Assembly: GCF_001194135.2 (NCBI RefSeq)
Contig: NC_068983.1
Coordinates: 137,932,169-137,982,578 of the forward strand
Length of the DNA stretch: 50,410 nt
Source: Octopus bimaculoides
Taxonomy: Eukaryota
Direction: 5' to 3'
The translations under genes and the position numbers were made by a program. Shown here one piece after another: positions 11,761 to 24,668 of the stretch. Positions within the stretch are counted from its first letter, which is position 1; each line of letters starts with the position of its first letter. The notes under the pieces were generated by a model. It did not search any database, had not been told where the DNA came from, and saw only the letters and a list, made by a program, of their open reading frames with translations.

Positions 11761-13939
11761 ATATATAGTTTGGATTCACGTGAATCTGTTTTTACTCCAG
11801 CTGAAAACTAATGCGGGTAATGAAACAGGAATAGTGAATATATTTTTTATATGACTGTACTATTAGAGATTTATTATTTCCATATATTTAAATTCATTTA
11901 AGCATCACTCACAACCCCTATGAATTCTTAATTTGTTACAGAAAACGCAGAGTAAACAGCTTGTTTAGACGAATCAAGATGTGTTTGAGCTGTGTGTGTC
12001 CAGTTATGAGGGAGAGTGAGAGAGAGGGAGAGTTAAGGCAGGAGATAGTTGCAAAGCAAATGTTTAGTTGCCTCTAGAATGTTTTCCTAAACTTCTGGTT
12101 TGATATTTACATAGCGTATATTTAAATAATAACCGCATCAGGGTTAAGATGCATTTCCCACAAAGGATGTTGAAATAGCAATATAATGATACTTATGAAA
12201 CTATATTGCTCTTCCAATAAAACATAAACGAAAAACAAAGGAGAAACGCGTACACACAAAATCAAAACAATATTTCTACTTATTAATGAACAGGCCCTTG
12301 TTCTATTTGGGGCTTGTAATTCACAAATTACTTTAGAGTAAGGTTCTGAATATAATCTTTTATGGAATTAACTCGCATGTTCTGTGGTGTGTTACATAAT
12401 TTTCTTGTGCACTAATTGACAATTTTAATTCCCGGATGATTTATTCTGGATATTGATTGATATATAAACAGTTTGACTGAAAGGGCCTGGTGATTCTAAT
12501 TGCAACGAAGCTTAATGAGAATCTTCGCTTGTTAGATCCGCGTGTTCTCTATAGGAGTGAAACGCTAAAATTGCTTTACAATAACGCTTGAAATATATTC
12601 TTATGCAGAATTAATTAATTCATACACACTATGGCATGTTACGTAATTTCCTTATTGTGTGAGAGCTTTGCATTTATGTCCGGTTAAATACACAAATGGA
12701 GCGCCTTTTGATGAAATTTATGTTATGTTGTTCGCACTTTCGAATGACTTGTTGAGTTAGTGGGAGCTGATGGAGAATCTATAAACGTTCCGAAGCTAAG
12801 TGTTAAGAAGCTGCTTAATGTCTTCAGGTACCGTTATTAGATTAAAGAAGTTCCATATGATGTCTTGATACGTGTCTTCACAAGTAGCATTCGAATTCTA
12901 ACACCAACATGTAAGTTAAACACTTCATAACAATTACCCAGAAGACCAGATATTATATTCCTTTGAAGAGTTCCCTTCACACATACAGAAAACTTTATTA
13001 GGTACAAGCTAACGAGAATCTTTACACGTTCTCTAAAAGCAGCAACCAAATTTTCCTTAAATTCCACCTAAAAACCTTTATAAAATGCAGGACAAACTTG
13101 CTTAATATACTCCGAGATACACTGTCCTAGAAAACATCTGGACAACCACGTCTACATCAAAACTGATCTTGAAGCAAATATATAAATTAACCAACAAATA
13201 TCAAATAAACAATGCAGAACCTTCCCTGAATACTTACATAGCAACACAACTGAAACCAATCTAAAGAAATTAATTTACAACAAACCAGGATTAACTATTA
13301 GTTTGTCGTAACCCATGAGTTATATACTGGTACACTTGTACACAGCATACACAAACGGTATAACTAAGAATGAAAACATTCACTTGCCAGAAAACTGTAG
13401 CTCCATTATCTGCGTAAACATTTTATAATAAATTTTACATTAGCTGTATCAATCAATTCGTTCAAGACGATTTCAAGTTGAATCAGGTGGAAAAGAGGAG
13501 TGCTGTCTGAATTGCAAAAGAAACTGTAGAAAACTTCCAATAATGTGACAGTTTGTTTCTGGTTATATATAGGAATATACGTGTAGGCATATATAGATAC
13601 ACTAATATGTGAAATTAGATAGAAAAATACAAACTCTTACGAAACCCAGTAGGAATTCATATATACACATACTAACACAATAAATACATAGGCTTTTTGA
13701 ATATACGGATATGTTTATGGTTGATGTAAATAAACCACAGCGGACTCTCACTTGCTATAAAATGCATTTTCAATACTATATTCAGTATCTCAAGTCCAGC
13801 AGACAGAAGTGCATAAGTTGAATAAGATAAACAAGATAAGATAACAGTAGAAAGTAATTTGTTAAAAAATGAAGATGAAGTAAATATAGGGCCATAAGAG
13901 ATGCTTGGGACTACAAGGCGTCCACTAATATAACATAAC

Positions 13940-14190
13940 ATGTTTCTTAATAATTTGAGTAGTTCTGTTGTGCCCCATGTTGCCATGTCCATTTACTCCC
14001 TTTGGCAGGCGCTCCTCTACTTTATTAAGACAAATTTTTTCTATACAATATCTCGTCTGCATTTGTTACTCTTGCCAAGTGTTTATTTGTTCTGTGTCTA
14101 AATCGATTCCACTGGTATGTTCTGCGCTGCACTTATTATTTCATTTCCACAATGCTCTCTACCATCACAACTATTTCTTTCACACTTAAT
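13940..14190 (-). pseudogene. Possible very old Gypsy-type integrase (zinc-binding region) remnant
   Basis: A minus frame reads ..NADEILYRKICLNKVEERLPKGVNGHGNMGHNRTTQIIKKHVMLY, loosely like the ILYR...GHxGxxRT..I..xYW integrase N-terminus. Confidence 0.3.
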
Positions 14191-14499
14191 TTCCTCCCAG
14201 ACTACACAAGTGGCTGAGCATCATGCCCACTGAAACCTGTACCAGCGTATTACAGAAAGCGTTTCCTCTTTTAAATTTTCTCGGCTGTTGTATAACAGGC
14301 CGATGGAGTTTTGCTGTTAAGTTTTAGTCAAGCCTAGCGAGAAACCGACTATCCAGTTGATATCTTATATATTTGGAGAAGCCTTAAGATCCTGAGAAAG
14401 AGATCATGTTAACACAACATCTTAAATTTCCATATTAAACCCCAGCTGTCAAACAGAAATCTGTAGTACATACATACATACATACATACATGCATAAAT

Positions 14500-15787
14500 C
14501 TCCCTCTCTCTCTCTTGGTTTCGCTTCGCAAGCGAAGATTTACGGAGTGGGGATGTCCATGTTTGTTGTAACTTGCTGATGCCCCACGAATTCAATTCAG
14601 GACAAACAGGTATGACTGCAGAGGCTGCATGGGAAGGTAGGATGATCAGGGCTGGTTGTAATGTCCCCGTTATTCCTCCTTTTTCTCTTGTCTGCTAGGA
14701 TAGTCCGGTGGGTATCTTCAAAAGAGGCTGTTGCCCGGTGGATAGAGGAGACGTCAGGCTTCACGGTCAGCAGCAATAACAGACCACAGGTGGTGAACAA
14801 CGTGGCAGGCATCAAGACAGTTCTTTAGAGAGTCCTTGTACTTTTTTGGTACTCTTCCACCACTTTGACTAGAGGAGAGTTCGTCATACAGTGTGATCAT
14901 GAGAAGTAGATGATCCGCCATTCTGGTAACGGGTTTTGCCCAGCATAACTGTGTCTTCAGAAGACGTATTTCGATGCTGATTAACTTCACCTGCTCTAGG
15001 ACCTTGACAAAGTCACTCCAGAAGATGCTGAGGAGGATATGAAGGCAGTTCTGATGGAATTGTTCAAGTCGTAGACGGTGCCGATGGATGCCAAATGACT
15101 CTGAGCTGCACAAGAGGGTGGTCAGAAGGATGGCTCTGTGTTCATTGATCTTGGTCTCTTCCCTCAGATGGTTATTGTTCAAGACTCCGGTGTACAGTCT
15201 GCCGAATGTACTGTTTGCCTTGGCCAGTCTGTTATCAATTTTGGCGTCTGACATATTGGTACACCCTAGTTAGGTGAATTGGCTTGTATTCGTTTAGTCT
15301 GCCCGATGGTGATGTGAGGGAGCGGTATTCATGCTGTAGTGCAGGTTGATGGATAACATCTGTTTTCTTTAAACTGATTTCTGGACCAAAGAATCGAGCA
15401 GCTTCTGCAAAGCAAGTGGCGATGCGTTGCAGAGCTGCATCGTTTGCGAAAAGTAATCCATGGATGGGTTGCTTTTTGCGTTTTGGTGTGAGTTTGTAGG
15501 CGCCTCAGGTTAAAGAGGCTGGCGTCTAAACAACACCGAATGTAGATGCCATTTTTATTATCAGGGTCTTTAGTGGTCTGCTAGAGGATTATACCGAGGA
15601 CGATGGTGAAAAGGGTCGGTGCGAAGACACAGCCTCGCTTCACACTGCTGGCAATAGGGAAGGGCTCGGAAAGGTCGTTGTTATAAGTGACCTGGTACAA
15701 CTGGTTTTCATGCAGCTGGATAATCACGTTGAAGAATTGGGGTGGGAACATCCAACACGTTCCAAAAATTTGCACGAGACCTTTTCT
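14500..15787 (-). mobile_element. 5'-truncated RTE-clade LINE (RT domain to 3' end)
   Basis: SSVKRGCVFAPTLFTI (QG motif), LLFANDAAL (FADD-like), IDNRLAKANSTFGRL..FHQNCL..LYDELSS..KKYKDSLK, a terminal CSLC..CLS motif, then an (AG)n/(TATG)n tail at about 14465-14515. Confidence 0.92.
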
Positions 15788-16379
15788 GCTTATATACATG
15801 ATTAGATAGATAGATACATACATACATGCATACATATGTATATAGTTCATAGATGACAATCAAATATTCTCCGTATAGAACATACTTAGTAGTGCTCAAG
15901 AGGTTTAAACTTGAACGGGTAGAGAAACGAATGTAAGGATAAGCAAGTTAGGCAGGTCAAAATACAAAGTATATTAAATACACGAAATACAAAAAAATAT
16001 ATGTACGTTTACATAGAAAAAGGTATGACTTATACAGAATAGAAATGATATCAAGAATTAAAGGGGCTGAAGAAAAGTATTGCAAATGCAACTGCTGTTT
16101 CTGGGTAGTCCAAAATAATGTTTGTAGATTGATTCCATCGTCGGATTAGACGAGCCTCCGTTTTCAGAGAAAAGATCTTACATTTGAAGTGTTGACAGAA
16201 GGAAGTTCAATGAACTTCGATAGCTGCAGATTTTCAGCATGCCATCCACTGACCCATTTTGTCGACCACATGATTTTTCCCTCATAAGAAACGTTTGACT
16301 CAGTTTATAGCACACATGTTCAGAAGATGCCTATTATGTTTTTACAAATGACCAACCTTGATGTGAGGAGCATGTCTAT

Positions 16380-16660
16380 AATGGCATCAAAAGGGAAGGT
16401 ATTGTTATTGGAACAAGACAAGAAAATATTTAAGAATGCATGAAAATTCAAATTAATAATATCGTAGACATATTACTATTGTATTTAAGAAAGGGTAATA
16501 TCTAAATCGATGATAGACTTTGTAAACAACAAAGGCAAATATCTACATAGTATACTTACAAGATTTGGATCTAAGATGCATGAGACTGAAATATGCAGCT
16601 TGGCTAAGTGAACGGTTTTGAAGAGATTTAAATCCTTGTAGACAGCAGGAACTTACTATT
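16380..16660 (+). pseudogene. Possible hAT (GTF2IRD2/SPIN-like) transposase remnant
   Basis: One frame reads YYCI*ERVISK..IDFVNNKG..HETEICSLAK*TVLKRFKSL, resembling HCIIHQE..VNFI..HTEVRWLS.G.VLKRF. Highly decayed. Confidence 0.4.
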
Positions 16661-18530
16661 AACATCAATGTAGTTTACTATGAAGAAGGAAAACATCTTA
16701 TAAAACAATAAGCAATTGTTTTATAAGATGTGCTGAATTCTGTTTTAACTATGCAGTGTTAAGAGACTCTAGCTTATTGTAAGGGATTAGCTGATAAAAT
16801 TTAGAGAATAAGTTACATATACAACATCATAAATACATCCCATGCATTTGTGAATGGTAAGAATAGGGGAAAGAAGAAAAACATATAAGTGAGAAATGGC
16901 TGAATGTATAGTTTGTAAAAAGAAATCATGTACTGCTATGAAATCCAACTTCTATAATTGATAGAGTAGTAAGGTGGAAGCTAAGAAAAACCGAAGCAAT
17001 ATATACAACACACGCTTGGTGAAAACTCAGTAAGCGAGCGCTGACATCAGCTTAACACAACTAACTTTAATGAATAAGAAATTTAAATATCTTAAAAATG
17101 TAAACCTATATGTTCGTGCATGAGTAGCGTTGCGTTACTATATTTGTATCGACGAGTGCACTGTAGCTGCATATATTAAAAAGAAATCTTAGTATCAGTT
17201 TAATAGTCCGAAACATTACAATCTTATAAACAGTAACTAAACATTCAAGGTCTAACGATTCTGAATTTTTATAAATTCATTAAAATATTAATTAACAGGT
17301 TTCCACTATCAGTAGACATTTTAGATATATAGTCTTCATGAGCTTTATGAGTTTTTCTTCATTTATTCAGATATGGGTATTTCAAGTTCCTAGATTTTTT
17401 AAGGATATTTTTTCATTCTTAAGAGTTTTATGAAAGCGACTCTTGCAAATGAGTGGAATATATTTCCGGTGACATTAATCGTTAAAAGGTTAACTGTACT
17501 AGAGAGAGGAGAAGGGAGAAATTTGACATTATCGCCTAGGCTTCTCTCAATGTCTTGTCTAGTGACATGTTTAAATATAATAGCTGCTCTGGACAGTTAT
17601 GAAAGTCAGTTGGCCATTTAACATAAATTCAATTAAGATTTATACAACGAGTTGTTTAATCCGCCTTGAGCCATCATGGGTGAATTATATTCACTGAAAA
17701 AACGTAACATGCCTGTGTGATTCATAAACTACATAACATTGAAAATGATGACCAGAACAAAAGTCCCACTCTGTTTTTACTATTTGTTTTTAAGCTTGTT
17801 CACCGAGTAGGAGATTGGTTTACAGAGGCACTGCAACTATAACCAAGAAAATCATTTATGCAGACACATGAATCGGCTCACAAGTTCATATGTCCCTCTA
17901 CCACTCTCTCTCTTCCCTTTACACCGGCGTGGTCACATGCTTCCGGTCAATAATCCTTTCCTTCCTTGGCTATCGCCGAGCAAACGCACGCACCACTCGT
18001 CCCCTTCAAGTTCGTGCTTCACAGCGTTCATACACACATAATTTTTCTCGTCTGGCCGTAAAGCCTTTTCTGTTTGTTTTCCTGCCTTGTTTTTTGTCCG
18101 CCACTACATTCCTCCATGGCTAGATTTAATTTGCGTATACAAATTTAATCTGCGGTCCATGGGATGAGCCGTTGTAACGATGCGTCCTGCCCGAAGCTCG
18201 TNNNNNNNNNNNNNNNNNNNNNNNNNNNNNNNNNNNNNNNNNNNNNNNNNNNNNNNNNNNNNNNNNNNNNNNNNNNNNNNNNNNNNNNNNNNNNNNNNNN
18301 NNNNNNNNNNNNNNNNNNNNNNNNNNNNNNNNNNNNNNNNNNNNNNNNNNNNNNNNNNNNNNNNNNNNNNNNNNNNNNNNNNNNNNNNNNNNNNNNNNNN
18401 NNNNNNNNNNNNNNNNNNNNNNNNNNNNNNNNNNNNNNNNNNNNNNNNNNNNNNNNNNNNNNNNNNNNNNNNNNNNNNNNNNNNNNNNNNNNNNNNNNNN
18501 NNNNNNNNNNNNNNNNNNNNNNNNNNNNNN

Positions 18531-18597
<67 letters not shown>

Positions 18598-19339
18598 AGT
18601 GAGTGTGTGTTATTGTGCATGTGTGTGTGTGTACGTGTGTGTGTGTGTGTTTGTATGTATGCCTGCGTGTTGTTATGCATCTGAGTTTTCTGTCCTAGAA
18701 CAGGTTCAATACAATGAAAATTAATACGCAAATTAATACACACAAGCAAGAAGTAAACAATTCCAAAATTTGTAGCGTATTTCCCACGCACCCATAAACT
18801 TTTAATTGTTGAAGAAGACCATTAATATCAGTAAATCTCATTGATCTTTAAAGAATTAAGAAGACCCTGGGCAGAGTTCCTTTCCTCAAGACCAAACCAA
18901 TAAAAATTCTTAAAACACTTTATTTCCTTTCACCATACCTCGTTTCTGTACACATTTGTCGTTTTGCTCTAATATTGTAATTTTTCATTGTTCATTTTTA
19001 TTTTTCTTTCTTTTGTTTTGTTTTTAAAGACTGTCCAATACTCGACGACTTAAACATTTTATAGATAGACATTTCTGAAAAACAAAATGAACAGAACAAA
19101 TACCAATATTTTGACAGAAATAGAATCTAAATACTCACAATAATCCAGTCAAGAAGATAATTCGGTGTAAACACACACACACACACACACACATGCACAC
19201 AAACACGCACACACACACATGCACACAAGCACACACACACGCACGCACGCACACACACTACACATACACACACTACGCACACATATACGTAGACACACAC
19301 GCACGCACACGCACACACACACATATACATATATTGTCT

Positions 19340-19900
19340 TAAACAATGATGATGGTAATGATGATTAAGTAGACTAGAAAGAAAACGATGTATTATCGTG
19401 CTCAAACACGAAGCAATGAGGAAAGTAAGAAAAAAAAAGAAGAAAAAAACTATGAATTGATTCATAAGAAAAATTAATTGAAGATGAAAACTACGAAGAT
19501 ACAAAGAAAGAGAAAATAAAAGGAAGAGAAAAAAGAAACGAAGATGAATAATATTAATAATAATAATAAATTATGATTAGAGTAAAAAAGAAAAAAAAAC
19601 ACAAGACAATTAAAAATAGATTCAAGAGAAAAATTAGCATTAGAGGATAGAAAAGAAACTAAGGAAGAAAAGTGACTAGGAAAAAAAAAACAATAAATTT
19701 TTCTTAAATATATAAAAATTATAAAAATATAAGAGAAAATATAGAAGGACAAAAAATAAAATAAAATAAAGAACACGAGAAAAAGTGAGAGAAAAGAAGA
19801 TTGGAGAAAATAATAATAAAGTATGTTGGAGGTGACAAGGAGTTTGAGAATATAAAAGAGGTGAGCGTAGAAAAGAAAGATCTATATAAGAATTTTGATT
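19340..19900. repeat. Purine-rich (A/G-biased) low-complexity tract
   Basis: Long run of degenerate GAAA/AAAG/AAT units with very few C on the plus strand. Confidence 0.75.
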
Positions 19901-22900
19901 TATTCGGAAATAACAATACATTTAGACGTATCGCTTAAAGATTGCTTCTTAGAATAATTAGGTTCTACTCAACTAACGAGGTGATTTATTGAGGCATTCC
20001 AAGGTGGTTGAATTACTAGAGAATTTAACGGTTAGTCAAAGGTCGACAGTTCGTATGTTCCCAATTATGATGCGTGGTATAATTAGCCGAGGTATTTAAC
20101 TCTTGATTGCTTAGATCATATATATTCAGAGATCCTGCATACATCAGTATATCACTCTAACCAGCATTATAAAGAGCAAAGATCTGATAATACTGTATAC
20201 ATAACTTTAGCACTTTATAATTTGTTCATATTCACGGCGTAAGTTTTCACTGGTAGCATCGAACTAGAGCACGATACATTGGTATGTTAGACATTTGAAG
20301 AGTGGCTTAATTTTCTAAAGAATTATCAGTGAAGCACAGGAACATTTGAAGGAACTAATTGGAGTTTAGGGAATACCAGATACTATGTGGTGTAACTGTG
20401 TGCAGTACCAGGTTTTTGGTACGTGTGCCTAGTTCAATTAACGGTCGTTTTCTCCCTCTCATACTCAAAGTAGTTGATTGTAATATCTAATATCTAATAA
20501 CGTGTAGAAATGGTGTTTCGTAAGCTTACTCTGATAAGTACGTGTTCCTTTGGAGGGCATAGTAGTGAGGAAGACAACACGATTCTACTATTCTAGGGGA
20601 ATAGAAAGTATGAGGATGAGTTTATTAAAGAAATACATCATAAATATTAATATTTTTCTGCTACGAATTAAGGTGATATTTAATGGGGGAGATTTAATGA
20701 CGTCCACCGTCAACACACACGAATACATATAGCAGTATGTATACCTGCACAATCTGAAAAGAAAGGGCAGTGTCCCCAACACTAGAAACCTATTTCACAA
20801 TACAGAACTGTATGCAGCTGATGTTTTGCTTGTACATTCATAGACTGGCGCATCGACACGGCATAACTAAAGAGGAAGGCGGTAGCTGTATCACGTAGTT
20901 TGAACAGTACATATACTGATATCATGTTTTGATAAAAATAGTAGAAATAAAATAGTCGTAGATGTAAAAGAAACAAAAATAAGAGACACTTCATCTGGAA
21001 CTAATATTTTTAATGTGCCAGAAGCCCTCTTTTTCGTTGTCATTTTGAATAAGCGCATATTTTAGTGTATAATTCTGCAAATATGTTATATACAAAAAAG
21101 TTTTCTTTCTGCAAATATCAATTTTATATCACACAATAAGAAGTGTGTATTAAACTAAGCAACCAATCATAGTCGGCGCAGATATAGTTTATTTTTCTTT
21201 ATTGTGAAATAGCAGAAAATGAATACAAAAACATATTCTACATGTTGAATAATGCCTGAAGGTAATATAAACAAATATATAAAATAAACTAAACTTGAAA
21301 ATGTGTATTTAAAAAAAAATGCTTATTATTTATGCTGTTGAAGTTGTTTTTCGAGATGCTGTTGGAGGAGTTACTGTTGTCGATTACGAGATTCAGTCGT
21401 TGTTCTAGCTGTTAATGATATATGATAAAATATATTTGCTTGCTGAATCATAGAAATCCAATAGGAAGAAAAAGTTGCCCATCTGCCAGCTTGCAATATC
21501 TATGACATCGACACGCAATAACTAATGCCAATCATACATGGCAATTAAAATTCTTCCATATTGAAACTAACTAAATTTACTGCGTATATCTCAGCATAGG
21601 CAGATGAAAACCATCCCATTTCGATCAGATTCGTACAAGGAGTGAGTACATGAATGCAATTATGCCAAACAATTGAAAGAAAGTGGAAATTTGATAGCTT
21701 TCGCGTTGTGTTGCCCTGATAGGTTTGTTTAGAAATGTGAACCTACCCTTTAGTGGATTGTTGGACGGACAATCATTAATAATATATCTGCCAAGATGTA
21801 GTTGAATTAATGGCTAATATATAGAAGGAAGTAAAGTATATACATTATTCAAAAATTCTTGATTATTGTAATTTGTTTTATATTTAATTCTATCGAATGT
21901 AGATTCCAGAAATGAACATATAATACTGTAATGTCAATAACAAAGATAAGTTTTATAGCAATGCATTGCATCGTAAAATAAAAGAAATTGCTTAGTAGAA
22001 AAAGATCATAACTAAAAACAGAAACAAAAAACAAAGGATCCTATATGTTATAAAAACTTAAGTACAGGGAAATGGTACGCCTTAGTGTGGGCGAAAAATA
22101 TTCGACGTATCTAATCACTGACTCTAGTTCGATTTTCTGTTGTAGCTATGTCACTTTCTTTCAAGAAAGCTGGAATATTAGAAGTATCTTTTTACTAGTC
22201 GAACGTCAAAAGATGCATTAGCATTAATAACAAAAGAGTTTAAATAGTTTCTTAAAAACACAGATCTTCATCGAGTCAGTGATGTATGCAATAGGTTCTC
22301 TAGAGGGATTTCTTGCAAACTTTCTGTGGATTGTGTTTTTATTCACTCCTACAAAGATATAAGAGGAACTGGATTTACCAGTGCAAGCTAACAGAACATT
22401 AGTCATTCACACAGAACTCTTGCTGCTTCACACAGTGAGTATGCAGTCAGGAGCAGCGAGACTTAAGTGCAAAACACTGGTGACAAAATTTGAACCATCG
22501 ACTCTTTAGCCGAAACAATCACATTAGCCTACAACGAATGTCTATCAAATGTAGTCTTTAGATTGGCATGAGGCTATTTTTATAGTTTGTACTTAATTAA
22601 AAAAATCCCCGATAAGTATTTGGATTTTAAAATATTTAAAAATATATTTATTAAATACATTGCTTTTAATAAATTTACTTCGAAATTGATTTTAAAAATT
22701 TGCTTAATTTTGTGCTTAGAGGGTACATAGTTATTTTTTCTTTATTAGGAAAAGAGTTTTTTTTTTAATTATTTAGTGAAAACTTATTGGTTTCCAGAGG
22801 TAAATATTATTTTCCGAGGTGTACAATATGTTGGGCACGCTACAAAGGCAACTTATTTAGAGAAGTAATTTAAATATAATGGTGCCTTCTGGCTAAATCT

Positions 22901-23249
22901 AGGTGGTGTTTTCAGATACAATACAATCATATTGAAAATGTGGTGGTTATAATATCCACACTCACACGCGCTCACATTTACACACATATATAACATATAC
23001 AAATCGTGCATTTCTGATGTTACCTATGTTAATAGTTACACACATGTATATAATTATATGTATTTGTGCGCGTGCGTATGCGTGTGCATGTGTGTGTGGA
23101 AGCGTCTGTATGCGAGTGTGAATATATGTAAAGTTACAGACTTGTTTTCAATATACATATTTGATATATAAATTTGGATGTTAAATGCATAGCGGGGTGT
23201 ATGCATTTATCTCTCAATCTTTGTCTTGTCCTCCTACATTCGCTCTCGC

Positions 23250-23462
23250 TATATATATATGGGGGTCTTAAAAGACATGTTAGGATCCACAATGAGCAGA
23301 ACTTACTTGCAGGTATTGGTAGTGCAAATCAGAGGTGCAATCTGTGTGGGTGTTTTTTCAAAACACTGTCTGGTTTAAAAAGCCACATCAGACGCCATGA
23401 AAGGGCTAAGGTGTAGGTGCAGGAGGTGGTCAAACTCTTTTTAAGGAGTAGACAACCACCAT
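23250..23462 (+). mobile_element. Extreme 3' end of a LINE (probably RTE-type) encoding terminal C2H2 zinc finger(s), with a microsatellite tail
   Basis: GLKRHVRIH...CNLCGCFFKTLSGLKSHIRRH (exact C-X2-C-X12-H-X3-H), stop at 23416, a short 3' UTR, then (TA)n/(TATG)n. The 5' side starts abruptly after a (TA) run. Confidence 0.6.
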
Positions 23463-23471
23463 ATGTATATA

Positions 23472-23504
<33 letters not shown>

Positions 23505-23747
23505 AATATATGTAGCAGCGTCAGTGTCAAGCAGTAATGAAAAATAAACGAGCTGTAGGTTAGTTAAAATATGTTTGTAACATTTTAACTTTTAAAGGCA
23601 AATTCACAGCAGTTGCCCTGGAAAAGTTCTTCTCTCTTATGGTAATATATATATATATAAAGAATCTTTCATCTTTTTATAACAGACAAATAAATTATTC
23701 ATACATCTATTTCTTCTCCCTTTTCTTCTTGTTTTTCCCTCAATATA

Positions 23748-24625
23748 TGCAAGGTGTCCCAAAAGACACTGACGGGATTTAATTTTTTATGACTTCCTTA
23801 ACTTTACAAATAAATGCATGAAATTTAGGTACAATATAAAGGACATTTTAAAAATTAATATGCACAAGTCAAATTTTGCAACACAACTACATCACATATG
23901 AAAAATGACATAGCTTAAATGGCAGCCATTTCCGGCTTCGCACGCCCGTGCTCTTTCCAAAACTTGCACCATAACACCCTCAAGAGTTTCAGACCCCATT
24001 TCTATGATTTCTGTATTGTTGTTCCCCTCCAGTTGCACCAGGGTCTCCTGTTTGTTGATGTAAACCCTCTCTTTCAATTATCACCACAAGAAAAAATCCG
24101 GGCTGGTCAAGTCTGGGGAACGTGAAAGCCATTCAAAGTAGACCTCACACATGGTTCCAGCAAGATAGGGCAACTTCTCATACCGCAATAGAAACAATGC
24201 AGTTGCTACGACAGTACTATGGAGCGAGAATAATCTCACGCTATGGCAATGTCTACTGGCCTTCACGTTCCTCAGACTTGACTAGCCCGGATTTTTCTTG
24301 TAGGGATACCCGAAAGAGAGGATTTACTTCAACAAATCGGAAGCCTTGGTGCAACTGAAGGAGGACATCAATAGAGAAATCAGGAAGTCGGGTCTGAAAC
24401 TCTTGAGGGTGTTATGGTGCAAGTTCTGGAAAGAGCACGAGTGTGCAAAGCCGAAAATGGCTGCCATTTAAGCTATGTCATTTTTCATATATGATGTAAT
24501 GGTGTTGCAAAATTTGACTTGTGCATATTAATTTCCATATATCCTTTATATTGTATCAAAATTTCATGCATTTATTTGTAAAGGAAGTTATTAAAAATTG
24601 AAACCCATCAATAACTGTTGGGACA

Positions 24626-24630
<5 letters not shown>
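23748..24630. mobile_element. rosa/DD41D-derived element with two inverted copies of the transposase 3' end plus TIR
   Basis: The left arm (~23748-24138) is the reverse complement of the right arm (~24252-24630). The centre and right arm read WFQQDRATSHTAIETMQLLRQYYGARIISRYGNVYWPSRSSDLTSPD (41 aa between the Ds). Ends are TA-TGCAAGGTGTCCC and GGGACACTG-TA. Confidence 0.88.

Positions 24631-24668
<38 letters not shown>

Noticed and set aside
11773-11786. 14-bp palindrome gattcacgtgaatc with an E-box core
   Set aside because: A few palindromes of this length are expected by chance in 50 kb.
12840-13300. Possible Penelope or other TE coding remnant
   Set aside because: Manual translation gave no motif I can defend.
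23174-23416. Host C2H2 zinc-finger gene
   Set aside because: Only about 1.3 fingers, no TGEKP linker, no splice acceptor, and a retroposon-like UTR plus microsatellite tail; treated as a LINE 3' end.
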